Below, one piece after another: positions 37,622 to 48,745 of a DNA stretch of 64,000 bases (its first letter is position 1; each line of letters starts with the position of its first letter). Made by a program: the position numbers and the translations under genes. Source of the DNA: a virus (taxonomy: Duplodnaviria; Caudoviricetes). The DNA is taken from positions 24,117 to 88,116 of IMG/VR virus record IMGVR_UViG_2519899649_000001; one strand, 5' to 3'. The notes beneath the pieces were generated by a model. The model did no database searches. It had not been told where the DNA came from and was given only the letters and a program-made list of their open reading frames with translations.

Positions 37622-39162
37622 GCCGCCACCTCCTTCTCGGCGGTGTTGTCGGCGTGGCGCTTCTCCGCCCACGCCACCACCAGGTTGTGGACGTCCTCGA
37701 CCCACCGGATATTGGCCACTGGGATCTCAGCGACCAGCTCACCGCGCTTGCGGTAGAACCCGTCAGGGCCCGCGTCGGCGTACACCTTGATCGGCTCGGC
37801 GGCCTCGATCACCGTCGGCGGGGCGTACCACTGGCCGTACTCGGGCATCTTCCACGCCGCCTCGAACCGCTCGTCACCGACCTGCACGTCCCACCACTGC
37901 AACTCGCTGCCCTGCCGCCCCTCGATCTTGATGGGGAGCGCCTTCTTGGGTCGCTTGGCCGAGGTGTGCTTGGGCAGCGGCTCCCCTTTCAGCAGCACGG
38001 CGAACTCGGCCGGATACCTCCGCTCGGCCTCTTCGCGGGACAGCTTCCCGGTGATCTTGTCGAAGGGCACGGTGTCGGTGCGGGGGTGACGGGTTGCTGC
38101 CCGTACCGCATCGACCGTGACGATCTCCCGCTCGCGGAAGGAGCCCAGATAGCTGGCCGAGATGATGGTCACCGACTTCTGGCTGACCCTGGTGACCTCA
38201 TATGCCTTCTTGCCGTAGACGGCGAAGTCGCCCTTGGCGAAGTCCTCCTTGCGCCACACCTTCTTCCCCGAGGCCGCGATCAGGTCCTCCCAATAGCCGA
38301 TCTCCTCCACCAGTTCGACGGTTTCGGCGATCAGCTCAGCCCGGAAGCCGTCGGAGATCCCCACCCAGATCTCGAACAGCGTCAGCTTCTTCGGCTCGGC
38401 GCCGTACTGCGGCACCTGCATCTCAACGAACGTGCCGGTCCGCTTGGCGGGGATGCCCCGGTCGCTGCACTCGGCGAGCCTGGCTTCCAAGTCCTTCTCC
38501 GACAGGAACTCGGTTTTGCCTTCCATGCGCCGCTCGATGTCGCGCAACCGCTTCTCCTTGCGCTGGATGCGCCGCAGCGTGGTGCCGTGCGCCTCGCGCC
38601 GCCCCTGGAAGTCGCGAGCGGCCTCCGCTCGCCCCATCAGCTCCCCGGCCTGATGCCACAGGTCCCACGCCTTGCCTTCGCGCTTCCACAGCCGCTCCAG
38701 CAGGTTCTTGTGCCGGTTGTAGCTGTAGTGGTCCACCAGCAGAGGTGTGCCGTTGAGCATGTCGTAGGTCTGCTTGTTGCGAGCCCGGATGTCCTCGGAG
38801 ATGGTCGCGGCGTTCGCCGAGCGGTCCTCCAGTCGGTCGGCGCGGTAGCTGGCGTGCTCGTATTTGCGAGCCTCCAGCTCGGCGAACCCGTACGCCGGGG
38901 TGACGTTGTCGATGACCAGTTCGGCGACCTCGAACCCGGCCTCCTCCAGCTGCTGCTTGGCCCGATTCAACTTCCACCGGTCGGCGCTGGAACGCTGGCT
39001 GTGCGGCAGGTACCAGTACGGGTCACCCAGCTCCTCATCAATCGGCAGCCATTCGCTCCCGGAGAAGTTCAGCGGGGACAGGATCTTCCCGGCCCCGTCG
39101 CCGCGGACCGTCCCGTACACCAGCGTGCCGTGCTGACGGGTGTGCTTGATCGTGATTGTCAT
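37618..39162 (-). CDS. DUF3560-like protein
   Basis: RADRLE...NGTPLLVDHYS..RH...LER...A...A...RREAHGTTLRRI resembles the DUF3560 GQPILVGHHSE core. Confidence 0.6.
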   Translation of the reverse strand: MTITIKHTRQHGTLVYGTVRGDGAGKILSPLNFSGSEWLPIDEELGDPYWYLPHSQRSSADRWKLNRAKQQLEEAGFEVAELVIDNVTPAYGFAELEARKYEHASYRADRLEDRSANAATISEDIRARNKQTYDMLNGTPLLVDHYSYNRHKNLLERLWKREGKAWDLWHQAGELMGRAEAARDFQGRREAHGTTLRRIQRKEKRLRDIERRMEGKTEFLSEKDLEARLAECSDRGIPAKRTGTFVEMQVPQYGAEPKKLTLFEIWVGISDGFRAELIAETVELVEEIGYWEDLIAASGKKVWRKEDFAKGDFAVYGKKAYEVTRVSQKSVTIISASYLGSFREREIVTVDAVRAATRHPRTDTVPFDKITGKLSREEAERRYPAEFAVLLKGEPLPKHTSAKRPKKALPIKIEGRQGSELQWWDVQVGDERFEAAWKMPEYGQWYAPPTVIEAAEPIKVYADAGPDGFYRKRGELVAEIPVANIRWVEDVHNLVVAWAEKRHADNTAEKEVAA

Positions 39163-39188
39163 GTATCTCCCCCGAGAATGCAGAAGAC

Positions 39189-39214
39189 GCCCCCGGGAAC
39201 GATCTCCCGGGGGC
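39189..39214 (-). terminator. Intrinsic terminator-like hairpin
   Basis: GCCCCCGGGA-acgatc-TCCCGGGGGC. Confidence 0.6.
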
Positions 39215-39248
39215 CTCGTGTGTTTGGTCTGTGAGTTGCTATCTAGAG

Positions 39249-39623
39249 TCACCGGCAGGCGGACGGAAGCCAGTCCGCCCGGTCCCATAGCAGCGGTAGC
39301 CGGTTCGCGCCGTTGACGTAGTACCGGGGGAGCGCCCCGGTCTGCGCCCACTCATCGCGCATATATCGCGGCGGCGGAACCTCGTCGCAGCGTCCGCCGC
39401 CCTCCCAACGCACCGTCCACCAGATCGCATACGTCTCGCGGTCATCCTGTGCGGGCTTGGCGCCGGGTTCCAGGGGGCGCTTGCGGTACCTCAGAAGCGC
39501 GTGGTTCACCGCTCGCCGAACGTCCTCGTCACTGCCGTCCCAGCGCAACCGCTCGTAGAACAAATCGGGCTCAACAGAGAATTTGCGGGAGTGGTACTTC
39601 CTTCCCAGCGCACTGCGTCCCAT
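39249..39623 (-). CDS. Hypothetical protein
   Basis: GGGGGG RBS; ORF lies between two hairpins. Confidence 0.5.
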   Translation of the reverse strand: MGRSALGRKYHSRKFSVEPDLFYERLRWDGSDEDVRRAVNHALLRYRKRPLEPGAKPAQDDRETYAIWWTVRWEGGGRCDEVPPPRYMRDEWAQTGALPRYYVNGANRLPLLWDRADWLPSACR

Positions 39624-39639
39624 CAGCCCCCCATGCAGC

Positions 39640-39663
39640 AAAAAAGGCGGCACAGTGGCCGCC
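39640..39663 (-). terminator. Intrinsic terminator
   Basis: GGCGGC/GCCGCC stem followed by T6 on the minus strand (TTTT shortly after it on plus). Confidence 0.7.
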
Positions 39664-39690
39664 CTGTTTTAATCCGTCCGCTGATCTCGT

Positions 39691-39963
39691 CTACGACTGC
39701 ATCTCGGTGAGTTCCGGCTCGTACTTGGCGACGAACTCCGCCAGCTTCAGATACAGCTCGTAGACATCACCCAGATCCAGCTCCACACCCAAGCGCTGGT
39801 GGGTTATGTGCACGCCCACCGCGTCCAGCCCAAGGGCCTGGGCCACCAGCAGCAGGCCAGGCCGCTCGGGCAGTTCGACGAGCGTCACGTCGGAGCGCCG
39901 CTCCCTGTCTTCGGGAGCCCCCGACAGAGACAGCGGTGCGATCTTGTTCTTCACAGCAGGCAT
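39691..39963 (-). CDS. Hypothetical protein
   Basis: RBS then ATG. Confidence 0.55.
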   Translation of the reverse strand: MPAVKNKIAPLSLSGAPEDRERRSDVTLVELPERPGLLLVAQALGLDAVGVHITHQRLGVELDLGDVYELYLKLAEFVAKYEPELTEMQS

Positions 39964-39987
39964 CCCTACCTCTTTCTTGTTGGTTTT

Positions 39988-41178
39988 TCATGCGGCCAAC
40001 GCCCAGGCGGCGCGCTTGCCCGCCCACTGTCCGACCGGGACCGGGACCGCGTTGCCGGCCAAGGTCCCGCCCATGTCCCGCACCTTCTTGGCCTTGTCGG
40101 CGGGCGACACCTTGTCCCAGAACTTCCAGTCCGGGGAGAACCCCTGGAGCGCGGCCTTCTCTGCGGTGCCCAGCATCCGCAAGCGGCACCCGTCCACCGT
40201 GGCATCGGGGCCGGGCGCGATCAACATGTGGTGATTACCAGCCGCGGTCACCGTCGCCAGTGGACCGTCCAAGCTCTCGACCGTCTTGTTCTTGCGGCAG
40301 ATCACGACGAACGGCTTGCCGTCGAACTTCTCCAACCCGATCGCGATCTTGCGCTTGGTCTCGTCGGCGTACGCAGTGAAGGTGTTCTTGTACCGCCCCT
40401 GCCACACGTAACGCATCGGCAGCGTCCAGTCGATGTGCGGGGCCGCGGACTGCACGACCGGCTCCACCCGCCGCCCACACCCCGGATGCGGACACACGTA
40501 GCAGTACGCGCCGCGCCCGCCGTGGTCGTACTCACCGATCGGCCACCCGGCCACCATGATCCGCTTCTTCGATGGCTTCCACTGCCGGGTGCCCAGCACC
40601 TTCCCGTGCAGCTGGCACCGGGCCTCGGGCCAGATGTCCAAGTCGAACTTGATCCCCGGCTGGGCGAAGAAGAACAGCATCCGCTCCCGCGACTGCGCGA
40701 CCGGCCGCTGCCCGAACGGCGCCACGTGCATCGCGTTCAGCGCCACGAAGTGCGGCTCGTACCCCAGCTGCGCGAAGTCGTCGATCCACTGATCGATGCC
40801 CTTCCAGCGGGCGAAACCGAGCACGTTCTCGCCGGTCACGATCTCGGGCCGGTGGATACGGGCGTAGTCGACCAGCGCCTGGGCGGTGATGCGCGTCTCC
40901 TCCCACGGCTCATCGTCCTGGGATCGGGTGGAATTGCCTCCCGCCGGGGCGGCTTCGGTGCAGATCGGCGACCCGACCCCGATCTGCACCGACGGCAGCG
41001 CTCGCATGTCCAGCTCGGCCACGTCCCCCACCTGCGTGGTGATGTGCGGCCGGTTCAGCTCGATCGTGGCGATGGCGCCGTCCAGGTGGTTGCCCGCCCA
41101 CACCGGATCGTGCCCGGCGGCCTCGAACCCGCTCACATCGCCCCCGCCACCGGCCATGAAGTGCAGGGTTTTCGCCAA
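39988..41178 (-). CDS. DNA cytosine-5 methyltransferase (orphan)
   Basis: FMAGGGG (motif I), GSPIC (IV), ENV (VI), QSRER (VIII), GNAVP (X). Confidence 0.9.
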   Translation of the reverse strand: MAKTLHFMAGGGGDVSGFEAAGHDPVWAGNHLDGAIATIELNRPHITTQVGDVAELDMRALPSVQIGVGSPICTEAAPAGGNSTRSQDDEPWEETRITAQALVDYARIHRPEIVTGENVLGFARWKGIDQWIDDFAQLGYEPHFVALNAMHVAPFGQRPVAQSRERMLFFFAQPGIKFDLDIWPEARCQLHGKVLGTRQWKPSKKRIMVAGWPIGEYDHGGRGAYCYVCPHPGCGRRVEPVVQSAAPHIDWTLPMRYVWQGRYKNTFTAYADETKRKIAIGLEKFDGKPFVVICRKNKTVESLDGPLATVTAAGNHHMLIAPGPDATVDGCRLRMLGTAEKAALQGFSPDWKFWDKVSPADKAKKVRDMGGTLAGNAVPVPVGQWAGKRAAWALAA

Positions 41179-41199
41179 CGCTGTCTCCTTTCAGGCACG

Positions 41200-41227
41200 A
41201 AAAAACCCCGCACCACCTGGTGCGGGG
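41200..41227 (-). terminator. Intrinsic terminator
   Basis: CCCCGCACCA/TGGTGCGGGG stem followed by T6 on the minus strand. Confidence 0.75.
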
Positions 41228-41246
41228 CTGGACGAGAACCGGTGAT

Positions 41247-41486
41247 TTACTTCGGGGGCAGCCGGTCCAAGACCTGGTTCAGCAGGTCCTCGATGCGGTC
41301 CAGGCGACCGGTGTGGTCGGCCTGCGTGGCGGCGATCGTGTCCAGCTTCTTCTCGTGACGCTGCCCGAACGAGGCCACCAGGCCGTCGATACTGCCCACG
41401 GTTTGCCTGATGTCGGCCAGGTCGGAGCCTGTGCGGAACGCATGGGCCTCCAGCTTGATGATGCGGTCTTCCATGGTCGTCAACAT
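41247..41486 (-). CDS. Small coiled-coil protein
   Basis: Heptad pattern LDRIEDLL. Confidence 0.55.
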   Translation of the reverse strand: MLTTMEDRIIKLEAHAFRTGSDLADIRQTVGSIDGLVASFGQRHEKKLDTIAATQADHTGRLDRIEDLLNQVLDRLPPK

Positions 41487-41797
41487 ACCTCCCTGAGGAT
41501 CTGTGTCGCCTTGCGGATCTCGCGCGGGTGGATGCCCGCTTCGCGGATGGACATGATGCCGCCGGTGATCAGGTCGGCCAGCCCGTCGCAGTATCCCGCC
41601 AGCTCCTCCACGGCCGCGGTGTCACCGGCCAGCCGCGGCAGGTAAACAGTCACGCCCCGGCCCTGCTTGACGCTGCGCGAGGCCCGCAGTGCCTGGTGCA
41701 CGCGCGCCTCGACCTCAGTCCGGTTCTGGTTGGTGAACGCTTCCCGGTCCATCAGCAGATCGAACAGCTTGCCGGGAATCCTCGGTTCTTCGGTCAC
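41480..41797 (-). CDS. Hypothetical protein
   Basis: GTGA overlap. Confidence 0.55.
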   Translation of the reverse strand: MTEEPRIPGKLFDLLMDREAFTNQNRTEVEARVHQALRASRSVKQGRGVTVYLPRLAGDTAAVEELAGYCDGLADLITGGIMSIREAGIHPREIRKATQILREVC

Positions 41798-42216
41798 AGC
41801 CCCAGCCTCTTCTCGCACTGTGCCTTGATCGCTTCGGCTCGCTTGATCACGTCGGCGTTGTCGCGCTCGATACCCGGCGGCAGGTCCTGGCCGGCGGTGG
41901 CCTGGGCCAGGTTGTCCAGGAAGTCAGCCGCCATACCCCGGATCAGCTGGAGATCCTGCGAATCCAGCCCCTCCAACGCCTGATTCTTCACCTGCGCCGC
42001 CACCCTTCCCTGCGTCCAAGCGGGCTCGTCCTCCACCCAGACCAGCTCCGCGCCCGGGTGAATGACCTTCGTTTGCTTGCCGTCGGCGAACGCCTCGTGG
42101 AGATTGTCGCCGTCCAGCATCGTGAAGCGATGCCCGATGTCATGATCACCGGTCTCGCTGATCAGCGACCAGCGCTTGTCGCCCTCGTAGACCAGGAACA
42201 TTCGGTAGTGCTTCAC
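41794..42216 (-). CDS. Hypothetical protein
   Basis: Coupled to neighbours; GAGGAG RBS. Confidence 0.6.
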   Translation of the reverse strand: MKHYRMFLVYEGDKRWSLISETGDHDIGHRFTMLDGDNLHEAFADGKQTKVIHPGAELVWVEDEPAWTQGRVAAQVKNQALEGLDSQDLQLIRGMAADFLDNLAQATAGQDLPPGIERDNADVIKRAEAIKAQCEKRLGL

Positions 42217-42641
42217 GAGGTCTCCTCGGTGTAGAACTCACACATCTTGGCGTGCTGTCCACGGGTGCGCTCCAACTTGCACGCGCACACCGGCAGCGTG
42301 ACGATCACGGGTTGCGGTGCCGAGTCGATCGGTCCGGCGTCATCCGGCGACTCGAAGACTTCGATGAACTTGGGATCGGTGTTCAGCCAGCGAGCAACCT
42401 CGCCGCCGTTGGTCAGGTTGGCGTGCACCCGCACCACGATGGCATCAGCGTCAGGGCCACCGGCGAAGTCGATGATGTACCGGGGTCCACGCCTTGAGGG
42501 ATTGGCGTCCACCCTGCCAACCTCCACGTTGACAGCCCCAGCCTCCACCAGGCCGCGCAGCACGGCCGTCGCGATGTTGGGACGGGCGTGATCCCAGGCT
42601 GGCAGCCCGTTTCGCAGGGTCAGGTCATCAATCTGCATCAT
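42213..42641 (-). CDS. Hypothetical protein
   Basis: Coupled to neighbours. Confidence 0.6.
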   Translation of the reverse strand: MMQIDDLTLRNGLPAWDHARPNIATAVLRGLVEAGAVNVEVGRVDANPSRRGPRYIIDFAGGPDADAIVVRVHANLTNGGEVARWLNTDPKFIEVFESPDDAGPIDSAPQPVIVTLPVCACKLERTRGQHAKMCEFYTEETS

Positions 42642-42645
42642 CGTG

Positions 42646-43509
42646 TTACTTCTCCTCCATCGGCTTAGGGATCGGAACCGCGTCGCGGTACTTCGGCTTG
42701 TGCCCCAGGGACATCCACAGCTCGCCGGGCTCGTTGAACGGGCCGCGAACCTCGTGGATCTTGTAGGCGTACAGGCTCTTGTCGATCCTCTTGCGGATCT
42801 CCGCCACCACCTGCTGCCGGGTCAGCAGCCCGTCCAACGGAACGAAGATCATCTGCTCCATGCGGGCCCCCAACCCGAAGGTCGGGTTGATCGCCACGAA
42901 CGCGACCCACAAAGGGATCAGCCGCAGGCTCGAACCGTGGTAGACGCGCCGGTAATCGCCGACGCTGCCCAGGTCGAGGTGAGCATGGTCGGGCCAGCGG
43001 TCCTTGTCGATCTCCACCACCCAGTTGCTGCTGTTGTACACAAAGCCGCGGTTCACCAGCCTGCAACGCTCGATGACGGTCGCCGGGTACCGGGTGCCCT
43101 GCCGGTCGGTGTCTCGATCCTCGATCAGCTCGACCGACACCCGCTCGCCGTCTCGCCAGTCCCACCCCCACCAACGGCCATCGGTGCGGACGGTCGCCTC
43201 GGCCTTGGCCAGAGCTTCCGCGCGCCAGCTGCACATCAGCTTCCACGCCTGCTCGCTGGTGGTGACGTGCTGCTGGGTGACCTCGGTCTGGAAGCCGCCG
43301 TCGTTGCGCTGCCAGGTCCCGTCGTCGCGCTGCGTCTGGGTCTGGACGCGTCGGATCAGCTCCATCGTGCCGTCGGCGGGCGTCCAGATCGCCCGGAACT
43401 CATCGCTGCGGCCCGGCTGGGAGGTCTCGAACCACCACACCTCGCTGGCCTTGGCGTTCGGCTCGGAGTAGTAGGGGATCGGGTCGTTGCGCCAGTGCTG
43501 CACGTCCAT
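42646..43509 (-). CDS. Trp-rich hypothetical protein
   Basis: Long ORF with GC3 bias. Confidence 0.6.
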   Translation of the reverse strand: MDVQHWRNDPIPYYSEPNAKASEVWWFETSQPGRSDEFRAIWTPADGTMELIRRVQTQTQRDDGTWQRNDGGFQTEVTQQHVTTSEQAWKLMCSWRAEALAKAEATVRTDGRWWGWDWRDGERVSVELIEDRDTDRQGTRYPATVIERCRLVNRGFVYNSSNWVVEIDKDRWPDHAHLDLGSVGDYRRVYHGSSLRLIPLWVAFVAINPTFGLGARMEQMIFVPLDGLLTRQQVVAEIRKRIDKSLYAYKIHEVRGPFNEPGELWMSLGHKPKYRDAVPIPKPMEEK

Positions 43510-43511
43510 CT

Positions 43512-43886
43512 TCAGGCCACCCACTTGCTGCCCCTCCACGCCTCCCAGAGGTTCACGGTCGTCTCGGGCTCCACGTGCCCGCCAGCCACCGAGAACGCCA
43601 GTTGATCGCGGTGTCCCCTGAGTGCCTCGTCCAGGGCCTGCTTCAGCTCGGCGTCACTGATACCGACGCTGTTGGCGTAGTGGATCATGTTCGCGACCGT
43701 CGCGCCCCAGTTCCACAACAGCCGCTTCTTCTCCTTCTCGTCCTCCAGCGGGACATCCGGGGCCGGGGGCTCGTCGTGGTTGTCCATCGCCCACCCCGGC
43801 TCCAAGAACGTGTGCCCCAACTCCTCGGGGCTCATCTTGAGCAGGTGGGGAAGAAGCTCCTTGAGATGCTCTTTGTGCACGCACAT
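43512..43886 (-). CDS. Hypothetical protein
   Basis: AGGAGG RBS. Confidence 0.6.
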   Translation of the reverse strand: MCVHKEHLKELLPHLLKMSPEELGHTFLEPGWAMDNHDEPPAPDVPLEDEKEKKRLLWNWGATVANMIHYANSVGISDAELKQALDEALRGHRDQLAFSVAGGHVEPETTVNLWEAWRGSKWVA

Positions 43887-43902
43887 ACCTCCTGTAGATC
43901 GA

Positions 43903-44181
43903 TCAGAAGTCGTTGCCGGTCGCCTTACGCCAGGCGTCCATGCACCCGGCGACGAACTCTTTGCGCCACTGGTCGTCGACGCCCTCGCCCTTCTTGTAGG
44001 CGGCCGACTGCCGGCAGGTGCGCTCGGCTTCCTGCTCGGTCCGGTCGTTGGAGTCGTAGAAGACCTTTCCGTACTTGTAGGCGGGGGAGTTGGTGTCGAT
44101 ATCGCTGTCAGTCCCGCCGCAAGCCCCCGCACCGACCGCCAATGCCAACGCGATCGTGCCCAGCGTCAGAATGTTCTTCAT
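43903..44181 (-). CDS. Lipoprotein
   Basis: MKNILTLGTIALALAVGAGAC lipobox. Confidence 0.7.
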   Translation of the reverse strand: MKNILTLGTIALALAVGAGACGGTDSDIDTNSPAYKYGKVFYDSNDRTEQEAERTCRQSAAYKKGEGVDDQWRKEFVAGCMDAWRKATGNDF

Positions 44182-44257
44182 GAAATCCCCCGAATTGTTC
44201 ACAGTGGCCGCCCTTTCTGGCGCCGCTCCTTTCCCTGGTAGATCCCCCAGAAAACAC

Positions 44258-44286
44258 AAAACCCCGGCGACGCTTGGTCACCGGGG
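44258..44286 (-). terminator. Intrinsic terminator
   Basis: CCCCGG.GAC/GTC.CCGGGG stem followed by a T-rich tail on the minus strand. Confidence 0.65.
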
Positions 44287-44303
44287 AGGAAAACCCTCCG
44301 GAA

Positions 44304-47300
44304 CTACCCCTGCTCCAGCACCCGCTCGAACTCCTCAAGCGCGATCCACAGCGCCGAGAACCCCCGCTGCCCAGTCAGGGACGTGCGCCACACCCAGTGG
44401 TTGCCGTCGTAAGAGATTTCGCCGCCGTCGAAGTGCCGGTAATGCTTGGACTTCACCTGCTCCCACGCCCCCGAAGCCAGCATCTCCCTGCCGGTGTTCC
44501 CGCGCCTCACAGGCCAGCCTTCTTATCCACCAGGTGACGCACCAACCAGTCCGTCAACTCCTTCCCGATCTCCTCGACCAGCTTCTCGTCCAGCTCGCCC
44601 GACTCCTCCAGGTCTTCGCGCAGATCTTCCTTCAGCCACGTCCACAGACGCGACGCGGTCTCGTTCTCGCTGTTGGCCAGCAGCTCGATCCCGTCATCGG
44701 CCGCCTTGTTGGCCGCCGTCAGGTTCCGCGCGATCTCGTCCGCGCGCCGCACCAGCACCGACACAAACATCACTCGTCCTCCTCTTCCATAAGCCGTGTG
44801 GTCGCCAGACCGTGAAGTCTCGGGTACTCGAACTTGATCCAGTCGCAGACCGCCTTCACCAGTGGTCCCAGCGACATGTTGTTCTCAGCGCTGTAGATCA
44901 GCTCACCGTCGCACCCGTCGGCGCTCCATCCGGTCTGACCGGCGTCGTGGGAGTAGGTCGGCCACGGTCCGCCGTGGGTGCCGATGAAGATGGTCCAAGT
45001 CGTGGACGGGTCACCGTCGAGGTTGATCGACAGGTACGAACCGGCAGAGTCGCCGTCGTGACCGCACGACAGGTTTGGGTCCAGGATCTTCTGACCGCTG
45101 GGGAAGAAAGCGACGACCTCGGGCAGTGCTGCGTTCAACGCTTGCCGGGCCGCCTCAGCACGCTCGAACCAGTTGGTGCGTTGGGGGTTGATCCACTGCG
45201 TCACCTTCTGATCGGCGGCGAAGTAGTGCGGATTGTCGGGCTCGCCGCGGTGGTAGAGCACCACTTCCTCGCCGTTGACCTCCGGGTCCTTGGCCAGCCA
45301 CTTCACCGGAACGTTCTGGCTGGTGAACGAGGGACGGTAGCCGTCGCCCTCGCGCAGCTCGGTTACATCCGCCATGCCGTCTTCGTAACTGCTCACGCTG
45401 CCTCCTTGGCCGCTTGCTTCAACGCCTGCGCCCCGTCCGTGGGCAGCTGCCACCGCGACATCCAGACTCTGCCATCCTCGCGCCGCTCGTAGATCACGCT
45501 GTAGAACGCCGTGTCGAACTCGTGCAGCTCCCGCTCCAACACCTGGCCCTCGGGTTCGGCACCGTGCACGGGCTCAGCGTCCAACGGCACCCCGACCGCC
45601 AGCACGCCCTCGTTGTACTGGCGGGCACGTTCGGTGGCCTTACGTCGATCCTCGGCTGTGCGGGCACGCATCCGGCTCTCGTGCCGGTCGTACTTGGTGT
45701 CGTGCACCTCCCAGTAGTGGTGCCCGTCATCGATCATGGGCCGGACGATGTACCTCGGCTCGCTCACGCCGCCTCCACTTCCTCGATCTCTGACTCCTCG
45801 CACCCGTCAGGGCAGCGGTCAGCGCCGATCAGACCGGCCAGCTCTTCATCGACGTCCTCCTCAGACCAGCCGCACCACGCCTCATCGCGGTTGCGGTGGT
45901 GGTTCCAGCGGCGGGTCTTGCTCACGCGGCCTCCTGACCTTCCAGACTGTCGATCGTGCTGACGTTCAACTCCGCCACCCGCACCTTCTCCACCGGTGAA
46001 CCGTCGGCGTAGGTGCCCTGACGCAGCTTCAGCGGCTTGTCTTGGGCGGGCAGAAACATCAACGTGTCGTCGGTGTTGAAGTTCACGCCCTGGTGCTTCA
46101 TCAGTGCTCGCCGGGCCGCCGCCTCGTCGTAGGCATCGACATAGAACGTCGCCGTACACGTGGCGTCGAACGTGAACCGCTGCATGGAGATCTCCTCGTA
46201 CACTTCGCCCACCTGAGCCACCGAGTACTCGGTGAACCGCACTCCCTCGTAAGCCTCCTGACCGGGAGTCAGCGCTTGAAGCTCCTCCAGACGTCCCCGC
46301 GCTGAAGCCTCACAGCAGGCCGTCACGCGCATCGCGCCGTGGATGTTGACGTCGAACGCGAATTCATTCATGTTCAAATTCCTTTCGTTGCAGCAGTGCC
46401 CGCCCGTGCTCGCGCCGATCACACGGCCAACCGCACGCCCTGGCCGTCGTTCTCCTCGGCCTCCTGCGCCGCCCAGATCTTCCGGATTGCGTCCCGGCTC
46501 AACGGACCGAGCGGGCCGCGCGGGGTCATGTCGATGTCGTTCTCGTTGACCAGCTCGGCCGCCGCCCGTGCCGCAGCCCACAGCTCCTCGATGCTGATCT
46601 CGATTGCCGGGCCGTCGCCGGTCTTGCCGGCGCAGTCGTGCTCGAACAACCCCCACCGGATCAGCTGATCCAGGTCCGTGCCGTCCTCCACCAGCGCATT
46701 CTCGGTGAACTCGCCTTCATTGATGTACTTCTGGCATTTCGTGCAGCACAGCACCATGTCGTGATCGTCCTTGCGGAGATCGACACGCTCCAGAGCCGCA
46801 CGAGAAACGATGTAGATCATGTTCAGGTCCTCCGTTAGATCCAGGCGTAGCCGTGCTTGTCGGCGGGGTCGAGCTTGGCGAACACCATCCGATCGGCCTG
46901 TTCGATCGGCTTGCCGTTGTCGGGCGAACGCGCATCACGGATCTTGAACGTACGGTCACCGCGATCACGCGGGTTGTAGGAGACGCAGGTCAGCACCTCC
47001 AGATCGGGGGAGGTGTTCACCTCCGCCACCCGTCCGATGCCCCACGCGTGCACGGTGCGCTTACCGCCGTTGCGCAGCGACTCGTTCTTGTTCGGATTGA
47101 CGTGGAACCTCATGCCCATCAGCGTGATGTCGTCCACGTTGGCGATCACTCGCCCGGCCATCTCGCCTTTGCGGGCCGTCACCGACCAGCACCATTTGGT
47201 CAGGTTGAAGTGGACCTTGACGTCCATACCGACCAGCTCGCTTGCGTCCATGCCATCCCCCGATGTGTTCGTGGACCGTTCCAGCCCTGGTTAGCGCCGG

Positions 47301-48745
47301 ACGCGCCCGCCGTACTCGCGCACGCTTCCGTCCGAGCGCACTTCCACGCGCCCCCCGCCTGGCAGGTCGATGATGACCTTGCCCGAGCCCTCCAAAGTGC
47401 CCTCGGCCTGGGCGATCACCACGCTGTTGTCGTTGATCAGCGACATGGTGACCCAGCCCTGCGCGTCTTCCATCTCGTCCATCAGTTCTCCTCTGCCTTG
47501 AATCGGTAGACGTAGTCGGGCAGGCCCAGAACCCATGCCACCTCGCCGTCCCGGTATGGAGTGCCGGGCACGTGTAGGTCGTACACGTACCCGAGTTCTC
47601 CCTTGTCGCCGACGCGCACCAGGGCGTCGAAAATGCTCCAGCGGTCCCAGACCGGCTGGCCGTCTCCGTCCTCGATCGTGTACCGGTCGCCGTGTTCCAG
47701 GTCGGTGACCTTTACACGCTGGAAGCGCCGCACCATCGCGCATGAGTCGTAGATGCCGGGAGACTCGCCGTCGTCGGCGGCGTGTGCGATCTCGATTTCG
47801 TCGCCGACCTTGCGCGGCTTGTCCATGACCTGCTGCCACGCGCCGGGGCCGCAGGTGTTCTCGTCGGCGTACCAGTCGCCGTCCTTCAGATCGCTGACGA
47901 ACACCAGCTCGCCGATGATCACACTGCCTCCTGTTCGCTAGTGATGTGCTCTACATGGGTGACTCGGCGGCCGGTGACCTCGAACTCGATCTCGTTGGCC
48001 GCCTGTTCGGCCTCGGGCAACGCCCCTTGCGTCAACAGCCGGGCCACCTCGATCAGCCCGTTCTGGCTGGCCGCCTCAGCGGCCAGCTCCTCAACGGTGT
48101 AGGCCGGATCAAACTGATCCATGATCTCGGCGACGGTGAACCGTTTCCGGTAGCTCACCACCGCCGGTGTCTTCCAGACGATCTCGATCTCGTCGTGCTC
48201 GTTCACTCCGCCTCCATCTGCTTCTCGATGGCCTTGACGACCTTGCGCCGGATCGACATCAGCGGCTGGCGTGGGTAGCCACGGCTGGGCATCGGCTTGG
48301 ACAGCGCCTTGTCCACGACGTCCAGCGGATCGCTCCAGTTGAACGTGATCGTGGTCCGGGTGATCTCCAGGTTCTTGTCTTCCAGGTACTCGGTAGCAGC
48401 GCGGTGCTGGTCGATAGTCAGACCGGTGATCTTCAGAGCCATGGATGGTCCTTTCGTTGGTGGATCTGGCAGTGGCCGCCGTGGATTGCGCCGGACTCAG
48501 GTCCGCCACGGCTTGGCGACGGTCACCAGCAGGTCCAGCAGCTCCTTGCGCGTGGTGAGGAGGAACGGGTCCTGGTCGTCGTCGCCCACCGCCTTGCGGT
48601 AGGCGTGGAACTCTCCCGCTGGCGCAGCCGCGTAGCGCGTCTCGTCGTGGGCTGTGATCACGATGCCGTCCTCCAGCTGCATCACCGCGTCCAGTAGTTC
48701 GGCGTTGATCTCGTCGTGCCAGGTCAGTTCGTCAACGAAGTACAT
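44304..48745 (-). other. Run of about 14 coupled short hypothetical ORFs (44304-44510, 44507-44773, 44770-45396, 45393-45767, 45764-45925, 45922-46371, 46419-46820, 46835-47251, 47291-47482, 47482-47922, 47919-48206, 48203-48442, 48497-48745)
   Basis: Repeated GTGA/ATGA overlaps, GGGGGA/GGAGG RBSs and EAA C-termini; typical of phage early/host-takeover genes. Confidence 0.65.
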
